A stretch of DNA of 64,000 nucleotides from Moniliella sp. 'wahieum' (lineage: Eukaryota). The stretch is taken from contig RSEE01000071.1 in NCBI GenBank assembly GCA_003971905.1, forward strand, positions 186,001-250,000. The letters are read 5' to 3'. Of the stretch, positions 47,301 through 59,987 are shown one piece after another (the first letter of the stretch is position 1; every line of letters starts with the position of its first letter). The position numbers were made by a program, and so were the translations under genes. A model generated the notes under the pieces. The model saw only the letters and a program-made list of their open reading frames with translations. It was not told the DNA's origin and did no database searches.

Positions 47301-48267
47301 ATGAACTTGTTCCGCTTCCTGGGCAACCTGTGCCACGTCGCTGCGACCGCCTACCTGATCCAGCGCATCCGCGACGCCCAATCCGTGCGCGGCCTGAGTC
47401 TCAAGACGGCCCAGCTCGCCCTCCTGGCCTTCATCACCCGCTACATGGACATTCTCCATCCCGGTGGCGTCCTGCAATTCCTCCTCCGCATCGCCAGTGT
47501 CGCTACTGCCGCATACGTCCTCCTGCTCTTCCGGGTATTTGGCGCATCGCGCTACGGCGGGTACGACCAGGCGCTCGACACGTCCAATCGGGTGCATCTG
47601 CTGGTGCCGTGTGCGGTGCTGGCGTTGCTGTTCCACTACAAGTGGCAAGTGACCCATGTAGCTGCTGAGTTCGCTACCTTCCTTGAGGCTGTGAGCGTAT
47701 GGCCGCAGTTGAGCTTGATGCACAACCTACCTGCTGCGGTCATTCCAGCTCCGATGGGCACTGGGCCTGCGCGCGAGCCGCCCCGCGTGCTATTTGATGC
47801 AGCTACGACCGCTTCGCCCTCCACGTCGTTGAACGAGGACAAGGTTGCCGATGGACCAGGGGGGCCGAAGACTCATCCACCAGTCCTATCGCTTCGGCCG
47901 AGGCGTCCGCCTCGACCAAAACCGTTTCCCCACAGGAACTGGAACCGACGTTGCTGGACCGCAACTACCTCTTCCTCTTGGCTGCCTACCGCCTGCTCTA
48001 CATCCCAGGCTGGCTCTACCGCTACTTTGCCATCACCGCCCTGGACCCCATCGAGATGGCTGCTTCTGGGTGGGCATCGCCCTGCTGGTGGACCTGTTCC
48101 ATTGTACGTCCCCCTTCCTCTTACCTTGCGTACTGGAGCGGTATGGTTCCGCCCTGCCCAGCTCGCGTCCGCACTTGTCTCTGTGGAGAGACGCTGACAC
48201 CCTTTCGTTCTGGATAGTGTACTATACCAAGTTCTCTCCCACCAGGCCGTACGAGTTGCCTGCCTAA
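47301..48267 (+). CDS. ERD2: ER lumen protein-retaining (HDEL/KDEL) receptor family protein, divergent; frameshifted, 3' end uncertain
   Basis: MNLFRFLGNLCH, GLSLKT..FITRYMDI, FLEAVSVWPQL and YLFLLAAYRLLYIPGWLYRY. Confidence 0.85.
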
Positions 48268-50007
48268 CGCCTGCTTACTACCAGCTGGCGCGAGCAGGAG
48301 GTAAGCCCGGTACCACTGTGTAGCAGGTCCACCTGGCCCCCGCCCTGACGCACTGTTGGGGAGCAGAGGGGGTGCGTAGATCCATCCCATCCCATCCCAT
48401 CCCGTTCCATCTTCCATCTTCCATTCTGTCTTCTTTCTCTCTTGCTTCGTCACTCTACCCCTGCCATGCGCCTGATGCCTCCGTCTGCGTCTCTTACCGC
48501 TTCTGCTGCACTGCCCAACGAGCAAGAACGTGTGAAGCGCGTGCGTGCTGGTCTGCCCCTTGGGCCAGTGAGTTCGAGCAAAGAAGCAGGGCGTGCGAAC
48601 CTGAATGTGAACCTGAATGTGAACCCGAATACGAATACGAGCCCGCTGTGAGCTCAGGGCGAGGACAGAGTAGGATCAGGGGCACCAGCTGGGGCGCGAT
48701 GGAATCTGTAAGAGCGCGAGGGGAGGATGTGCCGCCACAGTCTCACATTTGGTTCGCGACACTGAACGGGATACCTCTTATGCGTTAGGCGTGGTATAGA
48801 CGCGCGAAGGAAACGATCCAAAGGTGGGCAGGTGCACGTCGGCCAAGCGCCAATGGCCAATGGCCAACCGCCCAGCCAGTCCTTAGTCCTCGGAAAGCAA
48901 GTAGGACACAAGGGCCGTGCTGGTGCTGGGTTGAATTTGGCGCGTACTCGGGTCGTTGAATGGGGAGTAAAAGTGGGTTCGGAAAGGCGGTAGCGTTTGG
49001 CACGCCGCACGGGCGAAAGGTATCTTGCCAGTGAATGATTGCCAGAGGAAGACCCAGTATGACCTGGCGTCCCGGCTGTAGATATGTGCACGTGTTTGGT
49101 GGGACGGAGGGGAAAGCTTATAGTACACTTCAAGCTGGTGCGTGATGAACACATCCCAAGCGGGCCGGCAGGATAGACTGGAACGAGGGGGAGTGCCGAT
49201 ATGAGCATACGAAGGTGTGAATGAGCAATGGAGGAGGGGATAAGTCAAGAGAGAAAGGACGGAATGGGAAAACGCGGTCACTGGGAGAAGCAGAAGCAGA
49301 AAGCAGAAGCAGAAGCAGAAGGGGCAGGCTTGAACACAGGCCGCTCACTGCTGTGCTTCCTTTTGTTTTCCTAAGTAGTAGTACTTGATTTCGGCTGCCC
49401 TTTTGGATATAAGCGTTCTACTCTTTGGACTATACTAGACTGCATTGCATTGCCATACCCTCTGTCCAAGCCCGACGACCCCCGCTCGTACGGAGCACCA
49501 TGACTACCATACTCTCCATACTCTAATGAATCGTTGGCCTTTTACCTTCGCTGGCATACTTAGCTCGCCAGCAGGGTGTCCGTCCGGCCGATGATTCAGG
49601 GGGATCTCATCCGTACCACACCGCCGTAGCCTACAGGCAAACAAACCAATACCACACTGCGCACACGCACTCGGTCCTCGGTCAGGCCTCAGGCCTCAGG
49701 TGTCGAATCGATGTAACATGTACCATGCAATCCGTCAGTGATGCCGACGACCATGGGCATAAAGCCTAAGGCGTTCAAGCTTGAACTGTTTAAGTTCAAG
49801 CGGTTGGATAGCCGCGATGGATATGTTCCCCCGCAAAACAAAAGTCCGTTGCGCCGCGTCGTCGTCACGCGTCACGCCGCGTCACCGGCACGACTACTTC
49901 TTCGTCGGCCTCCCCGGTCACCGGTCACCGGTCACTTGTGATCGCGTGAGCACAGCGGAGCCACTGACTCGCTTGAACCGGGGCTTGAACCGGGAGGAGC
50001 TTGCAGC

Positions 50008-50062
50008 TTGAAGCTCTTGAAGCTTGAAGCTTGAAGCTTGAAGCTTGAAGCTTGAAGCTTGA
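50008..50062. repeat. (TTGAAGC)n heptamer array
   Basis: Six perfect copies at 50017-50058 plus flanking copies. The same motif recurs at ~49775, ~50390-50430, ~55050-55117 and ~61868-61887. Confidence 0.95.
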
Positions 50063-50923
50063 CTTGGACTGGGAAGCGTCGCCGTCAGACTCTCCGGCCT
50101 CAGTGGAGCCGTTGGTGGAGGACTGAACAAATAGTCAGTCTGACTCGTCCGCGCGACTGTCGTCAGTCGTCAGTCGTCACGCGTCCGTCGTCAGTGTACT
50201 GAGTACGCCGACGTACTCAGTGCGCGTCTCTTTCTCGGGAGAGTAGTGTGCTGAGTCGCTGTTTAGACTGAGCCGTGTTACATGTTAGGCCTTAGGCCTT
50301 AGGTTAGGACGTTTCGAGGGAGGCGGGAGGTGGCTTGACAACTCGGTCTTGGCGCGCTGAACAGCGGTTGCCCAAAAGCACATTCTAGCTTTGAAGCGCT
50401 TGAAGCAAGCTTAAAGGTTGAAGCTTGAAGCGCTTACCCGTTACCGGGTTACCGATTATCGATTACCTTTTCTTCGCACTTCGTGGCTCCGTGTCGTCCT
50501 GTCTTGGACCTTGCCTGTACATTCTGTTCCGTCGGCTTGTCCACAACACGGCTTTGCACGGCCCAACGCCAAGGCTCGGCGCCAGCCTGCGCCTCATCGC
50601 ACCGTGGAGTCACTCACTAGTCACAGTCACTATCGCACCCACACACTCACCCATCGGCAGCCTCCCCGGCTCAGCTGAGGCTCAACGGTATCCCCGAAAA
50701 AAATATCGGCTGGGCAGACGCTTTTTCCCGCTTCAACTTCCGAGCCGCTTCCCCCGCCGAGCAGCAACTGGCAGCGTTTGTCTCCCCACGGCTTTTGCTC
50801 GTCCGGCTCCGACTTTTTTCTCCTTCTCCTTTCTCCTTTCTCCTTCTCTCACCACCATCCCAATCGCCTTGCCTTGGTCTGCCCCCTTCCCCCTCCCCCG
50901 CCCCCCTCGCCACCACACCTGCC

Positions 50924-52666
50924 ATGGCCTCCACGTGTGATGAGGCGGGTTTGACCGAGACCAAAGTGCCTTCGTCCGCTGCCGACGGCGCAGGGAGCGC
51001 CAAGCCTGCTGTGCGCTGTGCGTCGGACGTCATGTCGGATGCGGCTAGTTCGACAGTGGAAAACGGAAGGGTGAGCGAGCCTGTTGTGGTGGTAGATTTT
51101 GATGGGCCGGACGATCCGTTACGTCCGACCAACTTTACCACTCTGGCGGCGCGTGACGATGAGCATTCTGATTCTGTGGGCGACGCTGGCGGTGCAGACG
51201 GACGGCACGTTGTACAGTACAGCGCATGTGGCTATCGCACATGAATTCCACATTACCGAAGCTACCGTGTCCAACACGTACTGGCCCATTACGTCCTGGG
51301 CGTTAGGCGCGGGCGCAATCAGTTTGATCGGTCTGCCATTGATGGAGGACGTGGGCTACCGACCGATCTACCTCGCCACCTGGGCTACGCTCATCATCTT
51401 TATTATTCCCGAAGCGTTTGCAACCAACTTTGCGACGCTCATCGTTGCCCGGTTCTTCGTGGGGGGGTGCGCGTCGGTGCTGGCCAACTCGGGGGCGACG
51501 GCGCTGGTGGGGCTGTGGGGACCTGCGAATCCGATCCCACTTGATTGGTATTTGGGTCGTGGCGTACATTGCTGGTGCTTCGCTAGGCCCCGTGGTGGGC
51601 GCTGCCATCTTCAAGTACATGTCGTGGCGATGGACGTTCAAGATGCAGTTGATCTACTACTCGATCATGTTCCCCTTTTATGTGGTGGTATTGGCCGAGG
51701 TGCGGGAACCGGCCATCTTGGCGTCCAAGGCGCGCAAACTGCGTCGCCAGGGCATCAATGCCTTCACCAAAGAACAACTTGTGCACCAATCTCCTCTTCA
51801 GATCATCTGGGCCAGCGTATCCCGCCCACTGATCATGTGACGCAAGAACCCGTGTTGGCCGTATGCTTCGTATGGATTGCGTTCCTGTTTGGGAACGTGT
51901 ACAACTTTACCCAGTCGGTAGAGCAGGTCTTTACCGCCCTGTACGGCTGGTCGGTCGTGTCGGCAAATGTGGTACAAGTGGCGGTCGTGATTGGGGAGGT
52001 GGTGGGGTTGACCGGGGTGGTAATGAACAATTACCTCTTCTTCCGCTCGGCCCAACGACCCGGATCGGGCGGTCAGCCCTTGCCCGAGGCCCGCCTGTAC
52101 ACCCGCCGTCCCAGGCTCTCTGTTGGGGCTTGGTAGGGGGATGATGATGTACGCTTGGACGTCGTACCCGAGCGTGCCCTGGCCTGTACCAGCAGTGGCA
52201 CTTGGGATTGTGGGGTGGGGGTCGGCCTTGGTCCTCAACTCAGTGTGCGATTACTTGGTGGACGCTTACCACGCTGTCGCTGGTTCGGCCATGAGCGCCC
52301 TGACCCTGGGCGAGACGGTGATGATTGCTTTCTTGCCCTTGTCGGCTCAGCCAATGTACACGAACCTAGGGTGCGTGCCATGCTCCAGCTTGCGTGCGGA
52401 CGATGTGTGGAGACAGTGACTGACATGGTTGTGGTTGGCATAACACAGGTTCAATGGGCTTCAACGTTACTCGCGCTCATCTCGCTTGTGTTTCGCTGGC
52501 GCCGGTGCTGATCATATTGTATGGCAAGACAATCCGGGCGCGCTCGCGCTTCATGAGCGCGCCGGATGTGACCGACGCGAATGGGGACGCGGATGGGGAT
52601 GGGGATGGTGCGGCGCTCGAAGGGGAGGATGGAGAGAAAGGGAAAACGGTGGTGGAGGAAGCATGA
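50924..52666 (+). CDS. MFS transporter, drug:H+ antiporter-1 (DHA1) type; intron ~52371-52449; frameshifted
   Basis: VDFDGPDDPLRPTNF, PLMEDVGYRPIY, NFATLIVARFF.G, LGPVVG..SWRW, PEARL, YLVDAY..AGSA, LSAQPMYTNLG and YGKTIRARSRF. Confidence 0.93.
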
Positions 52667-52941
52667 CATGGAGTATCCCCTAAATAATCCATCTCATGAG
52701 AGTAACAGCGCCGACGCAGCTGAGGAGCTGCCACGGTCGTGACGCACGCGCGTGACCTATGAGGACGAAACTCTGTTATACTCCTAAGTCTGACCTACGT
52801 TAACGTTCTGTTTCTGTTGGGCCTACGTTAAGGTTCTGTTTCTGCCCCCTCAGAGGAAAAAAAAACACATGCACGACGCGCGTTGGCAACACATAGCAGG
52901 GTCATGGGAAACTGGATTACGATTACAGAGGCACAGACAGA

Positions 52942-54606
52942 CTAGTCGTCGTCCCAGTTGGGGTTCTGCTTGGGTGCCTTGATGCCCGCCGGTTTGGCCA
53001 TGATGATCGAGTCGACGTTGAGCACCGAGATGGCGGCGCCGGTAGCGTACTTGATCGCCCACAGCTTGCCGCCAAGGCGTCCAGCACGCCGGCCTTTGTC
53101 GCCGACGCAACACGGTATCGTCATTGTTATCAATATCCACGCCGATCTCAGTGTGACCATCTTGGTGCGCTGCGTACAGACGCGCAATGACCTCTGTCGG
53201 GTCCAACCCGGCGTTTTCTGACAACGTCCGCGGTACCACTTCCAAAGCTGCTCCGAACCGCTTGATAGCATGTTGGGCCAAGCCCGGTGTACGCTCGCCC
53301 AACTTGGTCACCACTTGTGCCAATTCAATTTCTGTCGCCCCGGCGCCCGGTACCAGTCGCGGGTCTTTGGTCAACGACTTGACCACATTCACGCCATCGT
53401 CAATCGCCCGCTCCACGTCGTCCAACACATTCGATGTGGCGCCACGCAGAACGATAGTGGCCATCTTGGGCTTGGCCTTGCCCCGAGGCCGTCCGGTTCT
53501 TGGCGGAAGACAGTGACCCGGTCGCCGCCAATTTCCACCACATCAATCGCGTCGATCCAGCCAGCTTCTTCAGGTAACGGTGCGCCCAGTCGCGCGAGCG
53601 GCGTTGCACCCACCAGCCGAGCCAGGCGTGCCACCTCAAACTTGGACAGTACCTTGATACAGAGAATGTTGTAGCGGTTGAGGTAGTGAAGTGCCAACTC
53701 GCCCACCGACGACTGGGACACTACCACTTTCACCCCGGCATCGGCAATCTCCTTGATAGTTTTTCCAATTGCGCTCTTCGCCCGCGGAGAAGGCTTGGAG
53801 CTCCTTGGCATTGTGCAGCAGTACCGTTCCCTTGGTCTCGGTTTGACTAATGTCGATGCCCTGGGTAAATATGGCCACTTTTCCGCCCTTGGGCAGCGTG
53901 CGCACCGACCCTTCAGGCGTCTTGCCAAACACCCCCACGCAGCACCTGTGACTGTGCCAGCGACGCACCCAAAATCTTGACCACGCGCACATTGTCCACA
54001 TTGAATCCCCAACGAGGGCTTGGTCTTGCTTCCGTCAGGCAGGACGAGTGAGATGGCCTGGGCGACCAGGGGAGCGAGCAGAGTCTCGTTGCCGTACTGC
54101 TTGCTCGAGAACGGGTTGAATGGCCGTCGTGAGGGACTCTACGCTGGGTGGGGAAGCCAATTGAGCGACGGAAAGTTGTTCCAGCGCAGCGAGGGCAGCA
54201 TCGCGTGCCGACTCGTACCCGGCAATGATCTCGCTCGGGTGCAACCCAAGGGTGACGAGGGCCTCGGCCTTCTTGAGCAGTTCCCCAGCGAGGATCAAGA
54301 CAGTGTTTGTCGCATCGCCCATCTCGGCCTCCTGCTGCTGGGAGGCCATGACAAGAAGCTTAGCGGCCGGATGCACGACTTCGAGTTCGCGAACGATGGT
54401 GGCGGCGTCGGAGGTGACAAAGAGGCGCTCGAGATGGTTGATGACCATCTTGTTGCGGCCATTGGGGCCAAAGGAAGTGCGCACAATCTCGCACAACTCG
54501 GCGACGGCAGTAATGTTGCGCAAGACGGCATCCTCATGCCCGAGTACTGCTTGTACCCCTCCTTGAAGAGCTGCGGGCCGCCGGCCCGGGGAACCTTGAG
54601 CGACAT
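52942..54606 (-). CDS. CCT8: T-complex protein 1 subunit theta (CCT/TRiC chaperonin); multiple frameshifts
   Basis: MSLKVPRAGGPQLFKEGY, RTSFGPNGRNKMVINHLERLFVTSDAATI, EMGDATN, TETKGTVLL, SKFE..RL, ERAIDDGVN, PGAGATEIEL, and C-terminus IIMAKPAG..NPNWDDD*. Confidence 0.97.
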
Positions 54607-55136
54607 GAAGGAGGGCGGGAGGGAGGTGGTGGCAGTGGAAGTGGCGGTGGCAGTGGAAGTGGCAGCGGCAATGTCAAGCGCGGCGGTGAGGCAGGCGGCG
54701 CGTCGGCGCTTCTTGGCCCCGCCGAAGCACACCGAACCTAATCCGAAAAAACAATTTCCGCACCGCTTCCGCCACGCGTCGCCACCTGCAATGTTCAAGT
54801 CTGCGCCCCACCCCACTTCCGTCGAACCTCCAAACCAACCAATCCATCCTACCTGTGCGACCGACATCAAGCAACACAACTCACCAGCCCACTCGATCTG
54901 TACTAGAAACACGGAATCCAATTGGGTCTTTGGGTCTGTTACGGGATGGTCACTAGCAGTAGCAGGTCCGTGGTGCCAGCAGGCAGCAGCGAACCAACGA
55001 ACAAGAGCAGCGAAACGAGACGAGTGCATTGAGTGGAGCCAGCTAGAGGCTTGACTCTTGAATCTTGACGCTTGACGCTTCAAGCTTGAGGCTTGTAGCC
55101 AGCTTGTAGCTTGAAGCCCGATGGGCCAAGAAGGAA

Positions 55137-57608
55137 TTAGTGCCTTCCCGGCCGCTTGGGGCGCGTGCTGACCGGAGCCGCGAGAGTCGCCGCTCCTCCC
55201 ACGGGGGAGTCCACAGCGTCCAAGGCGTCGACGAGTCAATAGCGTCGATACCTTCCTCCTCGGCAGCCACGGCCAGGGCGGGAGTCTCTTGCTTCGTAGG
55301 CGGACGAAGGGATGCAGCAGCTTCCTCGAGCACATCGGGGGTCAAATCCTCAATATCCGTCACCTCCACCTTCTTGACCAGGCCCAACTGGTTCCGCGCA
55401 GCAGCGAGCAAGGGCATGACCGATACGCTGTACAGCATCCTCTGCCGCACGGGCGTGCCAGACGGACAGGAATAAATGTAGAGGAACACAGAGGGCGCGT
55501 AGCGGTAAAACGCCAAGCGAGGTTCAGGCACGGCCAACTGAGATTGCAACTCTTCCGGCGTCAAGTTAGCGGCGGGGCGAAGCCAATCCCAGCGCCTCCC
55601 CATGAAGCGAAAGGATGACGGTGTTGGGTTGAGACTCGGGTTGCGCAAGTGCCCGCACCGCCTCGTCCGCCTCAGCATCCACCGTGACGCCCACTCCGAG
55701 CGCTGCGATGCCCGGTGCGGACGAAGCTGCCGCATGAGCAGTTTGGTCCGCGCGTTCCTGTGCCTCGGCACGCCGCACCACCTCCGCCTCCTCCTCGTGC
55801 GCTTGCCCTGGCCCATGCCCACCGCAATGTCCGACTTGCCCCCTGCCCCAAACGGATCCGCAATGGGTTTCTGAGGCGACGCAGGCTTCGGCGCACCAAA
55901 TACCGAAGGAGGCTGCAGCTTCGGCGCAGGCGCGGGCCGGAGCCCGTGCTTCCTCCGTCTCTTGAATTGATTTCTTTGGCGAGGCAGGGCGGGGCCACCA
56001 AATACCGCGGGGGGTGCGGGTGCTGGGTGGGGAGTAAGTTCCGGAGCAGGTACAGCGGCCGCGTGCTCCGGTTCCGGCTCGAGAGCAACAGGTGGCACAT
56101 CCTCTTGCACCAGAGTCTTCTGTACCGGTTCTTCCACGGGGGCATCCGTCTCCGTCACAGAATCCTCCTTGGGAAGTGCCTTGTCCAAAGGAGCTTCGTC
56201 CACGTGGTGGGTGTCCACGGGGGGTTCCTCGACCAAGGCATTCTCCACGGGCGCTTCTTTGGCAGAGGGTTCGTCCACAGGAGCGGCCGTTTCAGCCGGC
56301 TTGTCATCCAACTTGAGTCCCGCCAAGGACTGCTCCACACTCGGCGCAGCAAGCTCCGGCTCAACGGAGACTGGCTCGATCGGCTGGGTACGGGAGGGCA
56401 CCTCCTCCACCTCCTCCTTCACCACCTCCTCCGTGGGAGTAGGTTCCGCCGTCGTAGTGGGCTTGGCCTCGGAGTCCCATGAGCATCCTTCTCCGCCAGG
56501 GCTCCAACTCTTCTTCCACCTTGTCCAGGTCGGTCTCTTGTGCCACGGGCGTCACCCCGGGCCCGTCAACGTCCGCAGGAGTAGGCTCCGGTTCCTCTGG
56601 CCGCTCTTCGACGGGGACTTCATCCGCAGCCGCAGCCACAGCCGCAGGTTCAGGCTCCGGCTCCGGCTCAGTCACGGCCACGTTACTGGGCTTGCGCTCG
56701 GGAGTCTTGGCTGGTTCCATCGGTGTGGCAGGTTTGGGAGAAGGAGCCGTGGCGGGCTCGGCAACCTGAACAGGTTCCGCAACCTCGTAGGCTGAGCAGG
56801 TTCCGCAACCTCGGCAGGCTGAGCAGGTTCCGCGCCTTGGCAGGGTGTTCGACAGGCGGTTGGGCATCCTGGGCCGGTTGCGGAGACGGGGCCTTGATGG
56901 GTTCCGGCTCGTTGACCAGGGCGGTCGAGGAAGGTTGCGGGGAAGCAAGTGCCGGGGCAGGTGCGGACGAAGCCGAGGACGTGGAGAGCGAAGGTTGTGG
57001 GGTGCGGTCCACCGAGGGGGATGCGCGAGGGGCGGGCGGGGCGACGGGGCGAAAGTTGCGTCGGACGGCGCCTGTGCCTGTACCTGCAGCGGCGGCGGCG
57101 GACTTGCCCGCGGTAGACAGCTGTGGGTTCTGGTAATCGATTTTGCGAGCGTTGCGCAGCTTGGTGGGAAGCTAACGTCCGCGAAGGATCCGGGGGCTTG
57201 GACGTCGAGCAAGTCACGTTCGCCAATGCTGGCAACAAACGCGGTGCGGGTATTGCCAAACTGCATCTTATCCTTGATCGGCGCATCGTCTGGCTGGTAC
57301 AGCACGCACACCCATTCCCACAGGCCGGCTGCGCCGCGCGAGTCGAGGCGGTACAGCACGTTGGCGGCGACACTGCGTCCGCCGCCGTCCGAGTCGAGGA
57401 GCAAGGCGGTCATGGCGGGGCGGAACTCGTCCTGGTCGCTGCCGCCCTGGGACGGGTAGGTGGCCACATGCTTGAGCACAATGTTGGCGGCAAAGCCTGT
57501 GCCGTGGCGCTCGCCGCGGACGAGCAGCGCGCGCTCGGGCGTGGAGTCGTCCTTGGCGGCGATGGCATGGAAGAGGGAGAGCAGCTGCGGGTCGACGGTG
57601 ACGCCCAT
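55137..57608 (-). CDS. TWF1: Twinfilin-like actin-monomer-binding protein with large Pro/Glu-rich insert; frameshifted
   Basis: ADF-H 1 includes LYRLD..WVCVLYQPDDAPIKDKMQFGNTR. ADF-H 2 includes EPRLAFYRY..FLYIYSCPSGTPVRQRMLYS..KKVEVTDIEDLT. The basic tail reads TRPKRPGRH*. Confidence 0.85.
56770..56833 (-). repeat. 27-bp coding tandem repeat (~2.4 copies) in the twinfilin insert
   Basis: CAGGTTCCGCAACCTCG..AGGCTGAG is repeated and encodes AEPAQP[A/T]EV. Confidence 0.85.
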
Positions 57609-57924
57609 CGCGGCCAACGGCAAGCAGGCGGTGGTGGGGGGGGGGCAGCCACGTGGCACGGACCGCGGGCTGGCTGAGCTCAGCTGAGTGGGGATGGCGT
57701 GGGACGGGCCGAGGAGCGGCGGTAGGGTTGGGCTGCTGACCTAAGTGCGCGCGTGGGTTGGGTTGGGTTGCGGACAGTATTGAGTGGGGTTGGCTGGTAA
57801 CCCACTGGCCAGTCGCCGCGAAGGACGGAGGAATGGGCCGACATGGCTCAACTGGCACTCTGGCCTGAACATTGCTTCTTGCCGCTCCACCACCGCCCCT
57901 CCCCCCCCCTCCCCCCTTCCCACC

Positions 57925-59455
57925 ATGGCTGACGCTCCGCCCACCCACGAGGTCCACGTCGTCGTCGGCGGCGTCGGCTTCCTCGGCTCCTCCATTGTGC
58001 GTCTGCTCCTGGCGCGCGGGAGACGCAGGTGGTCGTGATGGACCTTCGCGAGCCGTCCGACGCCGAGCGTGCGCTGGTCGCCGTGCCCACGGCAAAGGCC
58101 AAGCCCGTGTACGTCACAGGCGACCTGACTTCAGCCGAGAGCGTCAAGGCCGCGCTGCAGAAGGCTGCTGCGCTGGGCAGTTGCCGATGGCCAAGGTGGT
58201 CGTCTACCACACCCTCCCCCCCGTCGCCGGGCTGGGCCAGGACGCGTACGAAAAAGTCAATGTCCAGGGTACCAACACCCTGCTGGACGTGTGCAAGACC
58301 CTCGGCGTGCGTAAGTTTGTCTACACATCTTCCGCCCGTGCTGTTTACCGGGGACGACCTGGTGTACGTGGACGAGAACTTGCCCTACCCCAAGGTCCCC
58401 ATGGACGCCTACAACGATACCAAGGTATGTCCCATCCCTTACTTTGCGCGTGAGCGTTCTGTTTTTTGTTGTTGTAGTCCTCCGTGACCTATGTATGAGT
58501 GCGTGTGTGCTAACCGAGGGATTTTGCATGTCGGCCAGGCGCGTGCCGAGGCGGCTGTGATTGCCGCGAACGAGGTAGGGGAGAACGGGCTGAAGACGTG
58601 CGCGCTTCGTCCGCCGGGATCTTTGGCGTGGGCGACCGGCAAGCCTTGCCTGGATTTTTCCAGGTGCTCGCGACGGGTCGGACGCGGGTGCAGATTGGGG
58701 ACAAACAACAATCTGTTTGATTGGACGTATGTGGACAATGTGGCGCATGCGCACCTGTTGGCTGCGGATCGGCTGTTGCTGGGTCCGGAGGAACAGTACG
58801 ATGCGCGGCGGCTGGGTAGCGAGCACTTGTCCGCCAAAATTGGCGATGGCCACGATGCTCGGTTCCGTGTGCCGCCGACCAGTCTCCAGCGGCCCAGTCC
58901 GTCGGGGGTGAAGGACTATGCGTTGGAGCTGGGTGGCGGTGCGGCGCCCGCGCGGGTACGCAAGATGCAGGCGAGTGGGGCTTGGATGAACGTCCGGTTC
59001 TACGGACAAAGTTTGACCCTTTGTTCCATCACCAGTTCCCCGACGAAGTTAGCGATGCCAATCCCACCCCGTTGGTCGAGGGGGCCAACTTATCCCTGCC
59101 CATCTGGCGTGGCGGGGGAAACCTTTTTCATTACGAATGGCCAGCCGATTCCGTTTTGGGATTTCCCGCGTGCGCTGTGGAAGGGCGTCGGGCACGTGGA
59201 CCCGCCAAGTCGGTGTGGGTGCTGAGCAAGGAGATGGGCAACCTCTTGGCGTTTGCAGCCGAATGGGGGTCCTGGTTTGGGCAAGACCCCGCTCTTTACT
59301 CGCTACAAGGTAGCCTACACCGCTTCTGCTCGGTACTACAACATTGAGAAGGCCCGGCGCGTGCTGGCGTACGAACCGATTGTCTCGCTCGAAGAGGGGA
59401 TCGACCGGTCGGTCAAGTGGTGGTCGAAACGCATCCTGAGGTGGTCAAGTCGTAG
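57925..59455 (+). CDS. ERG26: C-3 sterol dehydrogenase (sterol-4-alpha-carboxylate 3-dehydrogenase, NSDHL); intron 58425-58538; frameshifted
   Basis: GGVGFLG, VNVQGT, FVYTSS, DAYNDTK|A (YxxxK), TCALRP, NLFDWTYVDNVAHAHLLAA, GETFFITNGQPIPFWDF and YYNIEKARRVLAYEP. Confidence 0.94.
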
Positions 59456-59987
59456 TTTCCCATGGCAATGGTCGAGATGCAATATGAATGTTGGGTCGAA
59501 CCGAGTGGAGGGAGGAGCTAGGCAGGATGCATGGATGGGATACAGGCACACGCGTCTTCAGGAGTGTACAACTGGGTTTGCCACGCGCAATGTATATCCT
59601 CCGTGTCCATCCTGATGAGCGTATGCCGTACGAGGAAGGGCGGGTGAGATCCACCGACAGAGGAGAGCAGAGGACACGCGTCAGTCGTCATAGCGTGGCA
59701 TGACAATGATCAATGACCCTAGCCAGGTGAGCCTCAGCTGAGGGCACAGACCGAGCCCGACCCGACGAGTCGCCATGCCCACCAACCTCGTCGACATGGA
59801 CATGCGACATCGCTGATGACTGAGGTACTGATGGGATCGATGACACGCGTCTTTTATTTAAATTGTTTTTTGTTTCGTTTTCTTTTTTGCTTCGGCCCCA
59901 GCCGTCTCAGTTTCTCAGTTTCTCAGCCTCAGCTGTGGTCCGACCAAGCTGCTCGCCCATCCGGCCCCACCCACGACGACGCGATCC

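Noticed and set aside
49537..49546. GCCTTTTACC, matching U5 snRNA loop 1
   Set aside because: The flanks cannot form the closing stem, and no U5 architecture is evident.
52699..52774. Hammerhead-like core order (AGAGTA..CTGAGGAG..CGAAACTCT) between MFS and CCT8
   Set aside because: Stem III pairs, but stems I and II do not pair next to the core, so an active fold is unlikely.
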